In this document: one piece after another, positions 22,801-34,457 of the stretch
Layout: each line of letters opens with the position of its first letter
How positions within the stretch are numbered: the first letter of the stretch is position 1
Origin: Rhynchopus sp. YZ270_cl-10
Taxonomy: Eukaryota
DNA: 64,000 nucleotides
Assembly (NCBI GenBank): GCA_964035575.1
Contig: OZ037833.1
Coordinates: 1,116,001-1,180,000, forward strand
Reading direction: 5' to 3'
Notes under the pieces: model-generated
Told to the model about the DNA's origin: nothing
What the model saw: only the letters and a program-made list of their open reading frames with translations
The model's database searches: none
Program-made: the position numbers and the translations under genes

Positions 22801-25800
22801 TACCTACTGCAGAAGCCTCGCTGTAATGACCCCAGGAATCTATCGGCGACTCCACGACAGGGGTTTCAAGGATCTCATCCTCATCGCCGTCCTCCCCTTC
22901 ATCACCGTTCTCTTGTTGCTGTGCTGCGAAGGCAGGGTTGCTATGAAGCTCGTTAAGACGAAAGGTGAGGTCTCTCATCTGCAACGGAAACGACAGATGC
23001 GGCGGACACTGTTGAATGAGGTCTGGACAGGTCATGATATCTGCATTCGTCTCCGCCTGCCAGAAGAAGCCTACAACGTTCTCTGTGCTACGCTTTCCGC
23101 TCGCTGGGTTACGCCGTGATTCATACAGAACCGGTACCGAAGGTCGCCTTGGGAGTGTTCGGACCGCAAAGCAATTAACCCAATCATCGTACATCAGGGC
23201 AACCCCAGGAACACTGTTGCGTGTTGTGATGCAGTAGTAAGCATCGATGTTCAGGTCTACTAGACGGTATACCACTGTAGAGCATTCGGCTGGTGTTGGA
23301 GGTGCGGGTGGTGTTTCCTTTGCGCTGACCTTTTGTAGGGCACCCTGCCGCTGCCGTCCGTCCTGCACAGCATCGTACAGATCGATGACCCCCACCACCG
23401 TCGACTGATTCACTGCAAGCTGGTACTTCGTGCTCACCTCAACCCCTTCAGGCGGTATCCCTTTCTCCACAGTGAAGTCTACTGCGTACTCGCTCACGGC
23501 GGTGATAGTGATTTTTAAGGGAGGGAGTGTCGTGAACGTGGCTGGGGAACACCAATTGCCCCATTCCGGGTCGGGTCCGTCGGTGTAGTGGTGGTTGGCG
23601 CGGGCGAAGCAGGAGTAGGTCGCGAAGGGGGAAAGGTTTTGCACGATTTTTGCGCGGATGACGTTGCGCATTCGGGTGACGGTGATGGTGGCGTCGGCGT
23701 CTGGGGTGTTGCCTTCGTGCACTAACCAGACCTTGGAGGAGGTGGTTGCCACAATGCGCACATCGTAGTCCACATCGACACCTTCCTCTACGTGGATCGT
23801 GGTGCCGGTGTTGTTTATCCTCTCGACCTCGTCGTGCATCTGACTCTCCTCGTCGCTTCCGTCAGAGTCCGCTTCCCTTGAAGGAGGGACCACCACCTCC
23901 TTCGCCTTAGGCTTGTTAGGAGGCATATTCGGTGGCGGTGCTGCCGCCTGCTCCGCCTTCCTCCTCTTCTTCTTGAAAAACTCCTTCCGCTTCTCCTCCT
24001 CTTTCAGTGAGATCAAAAACGCGGCCAATTTCTGCAGTTTTTGAATCTCAGGTTTTCGCGGTAGCCGATGAATGTCTAGAACCGCGAATTGTTCCCCGAG
24101 ACTAACCAATTTGAAGGTTACCTCTGGCTTGGAGGCTACGAGGAGGGGGAGGGACTCTGGGCTCTGTAGGCCGACGGTGTCGAGGGAGACAGCGTGGAGG
24201 CGGTAGATGGTGTCTGGGCGGAGCTGTGTGATGACTGCGGTGGTGTCGTCGCCGACGAAGGAGAGTGTACGGCGTGTGCTGGTCCAGCTGCCGACCTCCA
24301 TGTTGTATGAGTCGCCTTCGATGGAGATGCGCCAGCCTATGACAGTGTTGTTCGCCGTCTGTGTCTGGAACACTTGTTCGTACTCCCCTGCAGCGTTCAA
24401 AGCCATAATCGGTTGTTTCGGCTTAATGATGTCCAACGCCGGCCGCATCCACGTAACAGTCATAGAATGCTCGGTGATGCGTTCCACACACAACACAATG
24501 CTCTTCGCAGTGCGGAAAGTAACCAATTCAGACCAATGCCCCCAAAACCCGCCCTTAACCTGAACGCGGATGCACACAGAGTACAGCGAGTCGGTGATGA
24601 GCTGTGGGACAAGGAAGCGTTCGGTGAAGTTGTCAATGGAGATGTCGCGGATGCTTTCGAAGGAGCGGACGTCCTTGTGCAGGATGCAGTTTGTGCTGCG
24701 GAACGTGGTGCGTACCTGATACGCGATGACCGTGTCCTGTGCACTCTTGAGGACAACCACCTTCGCCTCCTCCGCTTCCTCTTCGTTGTCGAACTCCATG
24801 GTGGCACGGCTGCAGGACAACGTGCAGTACTCCTCCCCAACCTCGTGCACACGCACGCGGATGTCCGTCAAGGTCTGGATCATGACGTGGTTCGACCAGT
24901 GGCACCATGTGTCCAATAGTGTCTTCTGCCGCATGCGTATTGCGTGCCGTACACCTGGCTGCAACCCGCTTATGAGGTGCTGGTCCTCGTCGGGGGGGAC
25001 CATGTATCTCACAGGGTGTGTGTCGCTTTCGACGCGCACGGTGAAGACAAAGTCAGTGCCAATGGAGTAGATCCAGTTGAGGTAGGGGTGGTGGTCATCG
25101 TCATCGGAGGACTCTGACGACACGGCGTCTAACTCGCGTAGTTCCTCCGCCTGCTCGGGGGAGAGCGCCACCTCGACTTCGTCGGGTGATATCACGATGC
25201 CGGAGTTCTCGTACGCCATGTCCGTGATGGCCTTCTTGCGTGCGGTGATGAAGGCTGTCTTGCGCACTTCGAAGTTGAGCTCGCTGTTGAGTATCTCCTC
25301 CCGCTTGCGCTGCTTGCGCAGCTTCAGCTCCTGCCGCCGCAGGGCGAGGACGTCGTACTGCCGGGTGCACATCTCAGAGTCCTCTTGGCTGATCGACAGC
25401 ACCAAACCACCTACCTCAGCTCCTTGACTCCCTTCGGGCACATCTGCCGCTGGTGCCGGTACTGCTGGCGACGTCACCTCTGGTACAGCAATAGGTTCTG
25501 GCGGTGCAGGCTCGGCAGCAGGGACATCTGCTGGGGGCTGCTGCTCTTTGACCTCCTTCACCTCCTTCACCTCCTTCACCGTTACTGCCTCCACTGTGTC
25601 TGTTGGAGGCTGTGTTGCTGTTGCTGTTGTCGTTGTCGTTGTCGCTGTCGCTGTCGTTGGGTCAGTCTCCGGCTCTTCTGGTGGCGGCGTCGGTGCCAGC
25701 AGTCGTGGATGCTCTTCACCGTACTTCTCACGCCGCCGTTTCCTGCGGTTGTTCCTGCGCAGCTCATACGCCTCACGCCGCTTGGCCAGCACCTTATCAT

Positions 25801-28800
25801 GGTGGTCCACAATGGCACACTGCTCCTCCGTGAGATCATCACGCGGTGTGTTGCCGATGCCGTTGCTCTTTGCGTAGTCCTCCATCTCTGCGTCGAATCT
25901 GCTGCGAAAAGGCACCTTCCGCTTCCACTTCACGTGCACGAAGTCTTCACCGACCACGTCTGCGTCTAGCGAAATTTTTCCAAGGGTTTGAAACTTGCAC
26001 AACGCGCTCCACGACCCCCAATACGACCGCCGCCCTGTGGTCAGCTGCGGCCGAATGCGTATTGTGTAGTTCTTCGCAGGAAGCAACCCTGTGATGAGAC
26101 CGCCCAGCCTGCAGTTGGGTGTGAACGTGAGCACACTCTGCGTCTTTGTGTCCATCTGCGTGACGCGCACTTCGAACGCGCTGATGTCCTGCGCAACGTC
26201 GCCAGAGATACTGTCGTTGTTGTCCACCTTCTCCACAGCGTGCATCAGGTCACGTTCCTGCTCCAGCGTCAGATGCGCTGCATCAAGCACATAAGGGCGT
26301 GGAATGAGCAGACCCTGATCGGGTGACTCCTGCACCGCGTACAGCATGCCAGATGTCTCTGATATCTTCGCCATGAGCACCTCAAACTGACGGATCAACG
26401 CAATCGAGGCAAACTTTTCTGCCCAAAACACTGTAAAAAATAGTAGGATCGGTAGGTAAGTAAAGTTGTTTTCGTTGATTGCACATGTAAAAAAAAAGAA
26501 GAAGAAGAAAATATTACATTGCAGCATCATAACCCCACCACAGCACAGCACAGCACCGTACCGTACTGTGGTGCTACCTTAGGTGCCGTGGAAGATACTT
26601 CAAACGGTGGCAGAGAACAACACCACAACATTAACAAACAAGAACAAGAACAAGAACAACAGATGTGCCCATTGCAGTAAAGGCGTAGTCAGCAAGGTGG
26701 GAATTAAACACAGCGTGATGCGAGGCACACATGAGCGTGGCAGACTCTGTGTCTCTGTGTTGTCTTGCCGCAAACCCCCAAAAAAAAAAGAATACCACCC
26801 CACTACACCACACCACACATACCCTGCCGCATGCGCAGCCACGACTCTTCGTCGCTGAAGACAACACACTGCTGCAGACGCACACGGTACCTATCTGCAG
26901 GCAGCTTGTTCACACGGTAGACACACGTCTCTGGCAGCTCCGCCATCGGGATAACGGTGACCTTCTTCGACAACAGCGACGTCACAATAATATAAAACTT
27001 GTTGATGCTCCCGACAGCAACCTGGTTGATGTCCTTCGTGCTCCACGTCACGTCAAAGCTGTCCTCCGCTGCAGGCACAAGCTCCACAGGCACAAGGCGC
27101 TGGCCTACGTACACCACATTCGACCACCCCACCTCGCGCGTGCCAGACCCAAAGTCGCTAGCCCGGTTCTTCTTCCGCTCAAGCTGCTTATCCTCTTCGC
27201 TCTGCTCCTTGCGCACCCGGAAGGAGTACAATGAGTTGCCTGGGGAGGGGTGGGTAACGTGTGTGTTCAATAAAGTTGAGAGTGCAAAAGTGCCCGGAGT
27301 ACACCAAACGCAGGCATTGGAGAAGAGCAAAAGAGAAAAGTTCGTAAGATGATCACAGTACTTAGGCACCTTTAAAAAGGCGCTCTTACCAAAAATGTCT
27401 GAACTGCACCATAGCCTACAAGATTTTAGATTTTTTCTTTTGAAATTTTAGGGACGTATTGTTTATCCTGAAAAACTATGGTATTTTTTGTTCCGCTTCT
27501 CTCTTTTTCCATACCAGAAAGGTCCTCTACCACCAGCTCCTGAAGCGGCTTGAAGAATGACTGGAGGTGTTGAAACGCGTCCCCTGCGCTCATCGTGAGC
27601 TTCATCTCTGTGCGAACGTCTGCTGGGATGCTTCCTTTGAGCTTAATAGCATTGTGCGAAAGACTTAGCACGGAGAGCTGTGTTATTTTGTTGGTCTGCA
27701 TTACCACGGGCTCTGTCCAGGGAAGCCATTTGTCACTGGCAACGTCAAAGGCACACATTTTCACTCCGTAACGTGAGCTCGGCTGCAATTCGGGAATCTC
27801 CGACTCATTCTTGATGGGCGCAAGGAAGGTCGACTCAAAGGTACGCTTCTTGTCATCCACATCTTGCCCAGGCTTTGGCTTCGGAAACTTTGCTACCTCC
27901 TTCTCGGTGTACCTTTTGTTCGCACTCTCAGTGAAAAAGCCATGTGGAAGCAGTGCCATGCCCGGGGCCAGTGCAAAGACTTTAGACCGATACCGCACGT
28001 CGGCAGCGCCCATGATGCCGCCCTTCCAGCCGAAGGTGATGGAGGTGTCGGTGCTTGAGATGAAGTTCACTTCGGTTACTGGGTTGAAGGTTTCGTCCTC
28101 CTCTGAGGAGGAGGAGGAGGGTGGTGGGGTCACTGCGGAGACTTCGCTGGAGTTGGAGAGGGCGTCCTCCGCTGTGCCTTCAGGGGCAGCAGGAGCAGGA
28201 ACAGCAGCATCAGCATCAGCAGCGGCGACGTCACCACCACTGTCCACGCCTCCACCACCACTGTCAGCCACAGTACCATCAGCAGCCTCAGAAGGGGCCA
28301 CATCGCTCACAGCCTTGGCAGTCTCCTCCTGCACAGCAGCCACCCCCGCCCCCACCGCAGGCAGAGTAGGAACGGCATCGCTGGCGGTGCCCTCGGCTTC
28401 GGGTGGTGCTGTATCTGGGGGAGGACCGGGACCACCACCACGCGGTGATCCCTTGGCAGAGGGTGATACGTGCGGTGTCTCCGGCTTTGCACCGTTGTCA
28501 GAGACACAGCTTGCCTCAAGGTCGTGTGATGTGATGCTTGCCTTCTTTGACTCAGAGAGCGACGTCACAGACTTCCCCCTCGCAGAGGAGACGGACTGTG
28601 TGAGGAAGACACTCTGCATGGCAAGCTGGTCGAGGAAGCCTGCGGCCTTGTTGTGTGCTGTGGGGGCACGCTTTTGGCGCTTGGATGTGTTCGCTTTGAG
28701 GTTCACCACGGAGCTGCCGTAGTCCTGCTGCACAGAGGTGACGACCAACTTGAGGACAAACGAGGACCCCTTCGGCAGGTCTGCAAAGGTGTACCTCAGA

Positions 28801-29903
28801 GAGGATATGGCAGTCACGTCCTCTACCCGCCTGGTGCGGTCCTTTTCCTCTTTGGCCGTAACGTTTGTAGTGTCCTGTGTGTCTATGCGGGGCGTTTTCT
28901 CATTACCAGCACCCTTCCGCACTGCGCTCGCCAAATGCAATTTGCACTGCAACGATCCAAGCAAATCGCTAGCTGCGACCACAGAGTCTAGAATGTCATC
29001 TTTGGTAGCTTCGACACAACAAGGGTGTAGTGTTGGTGGTTTCCAACGTACTTCAATGGAGCAATGGTCTGTCGCCACTACACTCATGCTCGGTGGTGAG
29101 AAAGTGTGAAAGCAACGTTGCCGTCCCCACGGTCCGTACAGCCCTGTTGCACCACAGATGGCCCGCACTGCGATGGAGTATGTGCTGTCCGGTCGGAGAC
29201 GTTGCAGCGTGAGGTTCTGTGCACTGCATTCGACACAGCGTGGTGTCTCATCGCTGGAGGAGAGCGGCCGCAGGGCCAGCTCAAACCCCGCATCTACACA
29301 GGTTGTGCTGTCAGGCACCACAGCCTCCCCAGGGTCCATGGGGTACACATCGGTGGACTGCACAACGTTCCTCCTCCTTCCCCTCTCCTTCTGTGCAACC
29401 GTCTGTCGTGCTGATGCTACCTCCAGCGCGCCACGTGCCCCAGCACGTTGCCAGTTTACCCTTGCAAAACGCTCCCCAACCGCAACCAAACGGTGAACAC
29501 ATGGCGGGCGTGCGGTGTACACAATTCGCTCCCAGCGTGCCCCGACCTTCTTTGTCGCACTGTCGAGCTCCTCCAAGATGAAGCAGTGTCCTGCGTCTGC
29601 GCATAGGGGTTGTATCTGACGTGATACTGGCAGACTGCTCCGCAGGAACGTCTCATGAACTAGACGGTTCGCGACACGAAGACAGAGTGTATCATGGGGA
29701 CAATGCCGTGACGACGCACTTCGTCTGCGTACAATAGGATGAACCCACAGCACAACAAACAGTTCACGTACCACTGTGAAAGTGACCTGCACCCCCAGGG
29801 CATCTACGCGATGGCACGACCCACGGTACTGTCGCTGCAACGCTGCCGCGTCAGGGACGACAGCGTCAACAGCGCTGTTCTCATCATGTCGGTCACAGCT
29901 CAT
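19871..29903 (-). CDS. Very large multi-fibronectin type III domain protein (~3,121 aa, 3 exons)
   Basis: Exons 29903-27515, 27239-26823 and 26430-19871 are joined by phase-1 GTATG...CAG introns (total 9,366 nt, divisible by 3). Repeated FN3 signatures: LRPDSTYSIAVRA, LQPSSRYGVK, GLLPAKNYTIRIR, GLQPGVRH, LRPDTIYRL, followed by WGxWS...F-T. Start codon not proven. Confidence 0.8.
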
Positions 29904-30215
29904 CCCTCCCGCACGCCAGCTTCCATGCTAGGCTAGGGGTGGACGCCAATACCCTACGGTTGCTAGAGGGGTTGCGGGTTAGAAGAGAAAGCCTATAGTG
30001 GGAAAGAGGCAGAAGGAGGAGGAGGGGGAGGAGGATGAGGATGAGGGGGAGGGTTAAACAAAATGTTGCAGATGGCGCATGGCGATGTGGTGGTGGTGGT
30101 GTGGTGGTGTGTACACGTGCTGTGGTAAGGGGGGTATAATTGATGTGCTGGGTGTTAAGGGGGGTGAGAGGGGGGTGAGAGGGGGGTGAGAGGGGGGTGA
30201 GAGGGGGGTGAGAGG

Positions 30216-30519
30216 GGGGTCTCTCGATATATATAAGAGCAAAAAGCAAAAAACGCAAATCCGAATAAAAAACCCTACCGCCCCAATCTTTTAATTTTTT
30301 GGCAAACACTATGCGAAGTTAACGTACGGAGGGTGAGACCGGGGAAACACAAAAAATCCTGATGAGTGAGTGAATGATTTTTAATGAGTTTCCCCTGTTA
30401 CCCTCTTCCAACCTTGCAGATGCAAGTGGACAATAAACATGCAGGACGCGAAGCCTAAAAATATATAATCGAGAGACCCCCAAGACGCAGCAGAGCTGCT
30501 TAAACAAGTTTACTAGGGA
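30216..30519 (-). mobile_element. Solo 304-bp terminal unit of the YR retrotransposon
   Basis: Matches the element's A2/B2 unit (30615-30918); minisatellite on both sides. Confidence 0.9.
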
Positions 30520-31076
30520 AGAGGGGGGTGAGAGGGGGGTGAGAGGGGGGTGAGAGGGGGGTGAGAGGGGGGTGAGAGGGGGGTGAGAGGGGGGTGAGAG
30601 GGGGGTGAGAGGGGGGGGTCTCTCGATATATATAAGAGCAAAAAGCAAAAAACGCAAATCCGAATAAAAAACCCTACCGCCCCAATCTTTTAATTTTTTG
30701 GCAAACACTATGCGAAGTTAACGTACGGAGGGTGAGACCGGGGAAACACAAAAAATCCTGATGAGTGAGTGAATGATTTTTAATGAGTTTCCCCTGTTAC
30801 CCTCTTCCAACCTTGCAGATGCAAGTGGACAATAAACATGCAGGACGCGAAGCCTAAAAATATATAATCGAGAGACCCCCAAGACGCAGCAGAGCTGCTT
30901 AAACAAGTTTACTAGGGAGGGGTCTCTCGATATATATAAGAGCAAAAAGCAAAAAACGCAAATCCGAATAAAAAACCCTACCGCCCCAATCTTTTAATTT
31001 TTTGGCAAACACTATGCGAAGTTAACGTACGGAGGGTGAGACCGGGGAAACACCTATCGCTCGTGTCCTGCCCGAC

Positions 31077-34000
31077 TCAACTGTCCTTTTTCGCTGAAAA
31101 ACCTCTCTCTGTCTCTAACACCCCCACTAGATTAACCCCAACCACTTTTGTACCCCACGCTTTCATCCTCGACCAGCAGTCAGCCGGCATGTCGTCGCCG
31201 CCCGGTATCCACTGCACCTCCAGGGTGGCGTTGCACTCCTTCAGCCTGGCCAACACCCTCCTCAAGGCCTGGTTGCCTCTCCTCGTCTTCGAGTGCCCTC
31301 TGGTCACCACATACTGTACTGACTCGTTATCCACCATAACCAGCAAGTCCCGACACCCCTGCAACAGCAAAGCCTCCACCGCCTTTTCCGCCGCCAACAT
31401 CTCCAAGAAAAACATGTCACCAGAGCAACCTTCTATTTCCCACATGCCGTAGCGGGCCACGCCTCTCTTCTCCCCTTTCCTCTTTGTGATGTACCCCCAT
31501 CCTGTGGTCGACGCGTCTGACCACGCCACACCTGACTTCTCGGCCGGCGGGGTGCGCTGTTGGTAGTGCCACCTGTTCGGTACCATCTCGTTCACTATCA
31601 AACCCGACAGCTCACAGCGCGCCGATCCCGGCAGAGTGGTCTGCTCATCCCACGCGATCAAACCTTCCGAAACCCGCTTCCCCTGCTGGCGAATGAATTG
31701 CAGGACCCCACAGAGATAACACAAAGGTATTTGGTGGATAAACGCCACCCTGAACGCCAGTCCTACCACTATCCACCAGTCACGCAGGCGCTGAGTCTGC
31801 CCTGCCAAAATGGTTTGCATTGACGCCACAGCTTCCTCTCTCCACTTCTGAGGCAACCTGAAACGCACGTCCGGCAGGTCCCATTCCACTCCGTTGTACA
31901 CAAAACGTTCTGCTGGGTTCTCCATCGACTTCTTTTTGTTAACCTCACCACCCGTCTCCTGAATCCTCCCCAAAACGTATGCGGCTTTGGCACGTACCTC
32001 CTCCCGCGACTCGCCCACAACCAGGATATCATCCAAATAGATGATAGCCGACAGGTTTAACAACCTGCCCAGAAAAATCTCGCCCGTGCTCTGCGCAATG
32101 TACGGGGCGTGGGCAAAACCCATCGGAAGACGACCCCATGTGAACCACCTGCTACCAACCCGTACACCGAAAAACGACGCCACCCCTTTAGACAACGGGA
32201 ACTGATTGAAAAACCCCTTTAAATCGATTATCATCCCCCACCTAGCACTCGCACTCGATAAAAAACGTCCGACCGATCGCGCCCCCGGGAGAAGGAACGG
32301 GGGAGGTTTAGGTGTTCGTCGATTCACTGGTCTACCGTCCAGGATGAGCCTGCGGACTGCGGGGTCTGACTTTGGAATGTCAAACATCGCCACTACCCCT
32401 CGCACCACATCGGACCGCCCTACCGGTGTCAACACTCCCGCCTTTGTGCACGCCTCCACGAAACTCGGGCGCATGTCCGTCGGAGGGCCCGGCAGAGGAA
32501 TAGGGCTGCTGAGGCTCCTTTGAAACCACTCCCCGTCTGTGCACCACTTCAAAAACTCCACGGATCTGTTCACCTCCGCAGCCAATCTCCGCAAAACCCC
32601 GTAGTCCAGGAGCCCTTTAGGAAAATCGTCCACGCGCCTCGCCTCTCGCTCCCTGCCAGGCCCACGCATCCTCTCCCCGTAGGCAGACCCTCTGAAGATC
32701 GGGCCTTTACCTTTCTGTTCGAAACCCGGGTACTTCGCCTTCGCCATCAACCTTCGCACACACAGCGGTTCTTCCTCCCCTCTCACTGCTGCTGCAGAGG
32801 CCCAAGCAAAACCTTCTGCACCCCCCTCTTCTCGGAGTTCAGAGAGTTCTGGTACCTCCTCGTCATCCCAAAAGAGGTGTGGCGCAACGCCTTGCGGTTC
32901 AGCTCCGGGTCCAACTCCTTCGCGTTGATCATCCGCGAGGCTCCATGTCGAATGGAGTGCAGCCACGAACCTTCCGGCATCCCCTTCTTGAGGACTGCCT
33001 TCAGCCTGTCGTATGTCTTCGTGTCTCCCCCAAATACTACCACCCCCTCCTTTTGCTTTCTCCAGAATTCCACTGCTATAGCTGTGATAGGCCCTGCTGG
33101 CATGTAAATCTCCGGACACCAACTCTTGCACCCCTTCTCCTTGGCAAATACTGCTGCTTCGGTGTTCAGAGGAGAGTTCGTCGTGTTCAGTTCCACCCAA
33201 TCCGCCTTCACCATAAAACGCAGGTCTGGTACCCTCGCCCGCGAGACCCACGCGGTCGCGAACAATGCTGCCGCTGTCTCCTGCCCTGCCTGCACAAGCT
33301 TGCGTAGACTGTCCGTTACCTCTACAGTGGTCAACGGAGGCGCCTGACGAGGGCGGATGTACGTCGACGTTCGCGTGAACGTGGTGCGCGTATCCTTCAG
33401 CCGCAGTGTTCGCACACCCCTGTGGCCCTCCCTGGTCAGCGTCTTCGTGAGTCTCCCTATGTACGAGTCCGCCGTTTTTGGGGATGCAGTCTTCATCACG
33501 TCGAAACCGAACTTGATCAGGGCCTCGTCCCAGGGTGTCTCTGCCGGCAGAGTGTCGCAGAATTTCTGGAACCGGTCTCTCAAAGTATCGTTGTTGTAAG
33601 CCGTCTTGGGCGCCACCGCATACTTGTGCGCGGTGTCCCACGTCATGAGCTCCCGCATCTTTCTCCCCAATGCTTTTCCATCTCGCAGCCTGAACAGCTC
33701 TGTCTCGACCGCTCTTCTGTGACTCCATGTCGCCCGTGGTCCGGCTTCCGTTCCTACCTCTCCTAAAAATGGGGGCGCCAGCGGCACCACCCGCGAAAAC
33801 CCCACCGGTTTGTTTATTCTCTGTGTTGTTTGCCCCACCGGCTGTTGTCTGTTTGTATTTTCTCTCACAAGCCCCACCGGCTGTTGTTTGTTCGTTTTTT
33901 CCTTCATTAGCCCCACCGGCTGTTGTCTGTTTGTATTTTCTCTCATAAGCCCCACCGGCTGTTGTCTGTTTGTTTTTTCGTGCACAAGCCCCACCGGCTG

Positions 34001-34457
34001 TTGTGTGTTTGTTTTTATCATCGATAGCCCCACCGGCTGTTGTTTGTTCGTTTTTTCCCTCATTAGCCCCACCGGCTGTTGTCTGTTTGTATTTTCTCTC
34101 ATAAGCCCCACCGGCTGTTGTCTGTTTGTTTTTTCGTGCACAAGCCCCACCGGCTGTTGTGTGTTTGTTTTTATCATCGATAGCCCCACCGGCTGTTGTT
34201 TGTTCGTTTTTTCCCTCATTAGCCCCACCGGCTGTTGTCTGTTTGTATTTTCTCTCATAAGCCCCACCGGCTGTTGTCTGTTTGTTTTTTCGTGCACAAG
34301 CCCCACCGGCTGTTGTGTGTTTGTTTTTATCATCGATAGCCCCACCGGCTTCTTTGTCATCCCTACTGGCTTCCTTTCCCTTTGCCTCCCTTCTGTGGCA
34401 GTGGTGGCTGCCACCTGTGTCCGCGAAAACCCTTGTTGCCAGACCAGGTCCTGTCAA
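31077..34457 (-). CDS. Reverse transcriptase + RNase H (DIRS/VIPER type); true start uncertain, catalytic part within ~32750-31077
   Basis: RT motifs RLILDGRPVN, IDLKGFFNQF, LPMGFAHAP, YLDD; RNase H motifs WSDASTTGWG, LEMLA, VDNESV, PADCWSR. Confidence 0.92.
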   Translation of the reverse strand: MTGPGLATRVFADTGGSHHCHRREAKGKEASRDDKEAGGAIDDKNKHTTAGGACARKNKQTTAGGAYERKYKQTTAGGANEGKNEQTTAGGAIDDKNKHTTAGGACARKNKQTTAGGAYERKYKQTTAGGANEGKNEQTTAGGAIDDKNKHTTAGGACARKNKQTTAGGAYERKYKQTTAGGANEGKNEQTTAGGACERKYKQTTAGGANNTENKQTGGVFAGGAAGAPIFRRGRNGSRTTGDMESQKSGRDRAVQAARWKSIGEKDAGAHDVGHRAQVCGGAQDGLQQRYFERPVPEILRHSAGRDTLGRGPDQVRFRRDEDCIPKNGGLVHRETHEDADQGGPQGCANTAAEGYAHHVHANVDVHPPSSGASVDHCRGNGQSTQACAGRAGDSGSIVRDRVGLAGEGTRPAFYGEGGLGGTEHDELSSEHRSSSICQGEGVQELVSGDLHASRAYHSYSSGILEKAKGGGGSIWGRHEDIRQAEGSPQEGDAGRFVAALHSTWSLADDQREGVGPGAEPQGVAPHLFWDDEEVPELSELREEGGAEGFAWASAAAVRGEEEPLCVRRLMAKAKYPGFEQKGKGPIFRGSAYGERMRGPGREREARRVDDFPKGLLDYGVLRRLAAEVNRSVEFLKWCTDGEWFQRSLSSPIPLPGPPTDMRPSFVEACTKAGVLTPVGRSDVVRGVVAMFDIPKSDPAVRRLILDGRPVNRRTPKPPPFLLPGARSVGRFLSSASARWGMIIDLKGFFNQFPLSKGVASFFGVRVGSRWFTWGRLPMGFAHAPYIAQSTGEIFLGRLLNLSAIIYLDDILVVGESREEVRAKAAYVLGRIQETGGEVNKKKSMENPAERFVYNGVEWDLPDVRFRLPQKWREEAVASMQTILAGQTQRLRDWWIVVGLAFRVAFIHQIPLCYLCGVLQFIRQQGKRVSEGLIAWDEQTTLPGSARCELSGLIVNEMVPNRWHYQQRTPPAEKSGVAWSDASTTGWGYITKRKGEKRGVARYGMWEIEGCSGDMFFLEMLAAEKAVEALLLQGCRDLLVMVDNESVQYVVTRGHSKTRRGNQALRRVLARLKECNATLEVQWIPGGDDMPADCWSRMKAWGTKVVGVNLVGVLETERGFSAKKDS
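32783..34414 (-). CDS. Tyrosine recombinase with N-terminal 13-aa repeats
   Basis: Catalytic R-H-R-H-Y set: SRARVPDLR, LHSIRHG, LRHTSFGMTRRY. Confidence 0.88.
   Translation of the reverse strand: MAATTATEGRQRERKPVGMTKKPVGLSMIKTNTQQPVGLVHEKTNRQQPVGLMRENTNRQQPVGLMREKTNKQQPVGLSMIKTNTQQPVGLVHEKTNRQQPVGLMRENTNRQQPVGLMREKTNKQQPVGLSMIKTNTQQPVGLVHEKTNRQQPVGLMRENTNRQQPVGLMKEKTNKQQPVGLVRENTNRQQPVGQTTQRINKPVGFSRVVPLAPPFLGEVGTEAGPRATWSHRRAVETELFRLRDGKALGRKMRELMTWDTAHKYAVAPKTAYNNDTLRDRFQKFCDTLPAETPWDEALIKFGFDVMKTASPKTADSYIGRLTKTLTREGHRGVRTLRLKDTRTTFTRTSTYIRPRQAPPLTTVEVTDSLRKLVQAGQETAAALFATAWVSRARVPDLRFMVKADWVELNTTNSPLNTEAAVFAKEKGCKSWCPEIYMPAGPITAIAVEFWRKQKEGVVVFGGDTKTYDRLKAVLKKGMPEGSWLHSIRHGASRMINAKELDPELNRKALRHTSFGMTRRYQNSLNSEKRGVQKVLLGPLQQQ
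33800..34350. repeat. 39-bp coding tandem repeat (CCCCACCGGCTGTTG...), ~14 units with a 4-unit higher-order period
   Basis: Direct reading; encodes QQPVGL... in the YR frame and TTAGGA... in the RT frame. Same array at ~38540-39090. Confidence 0.92.

Noticed and set aside
30308..30321. TAACTTCGCATAG resembling a loxP half-site
   Set aside because: Single half-site without an inverted partner, ~100 bp from the actual element junction; likely chance.
30340..30395. CTGATGA in the 304-bp unit as a hammerhead ribozyme core
   Set aside because: Followed by GAAT rather than GAAA, no stem III or cleavage triplet, and antisense to the element.
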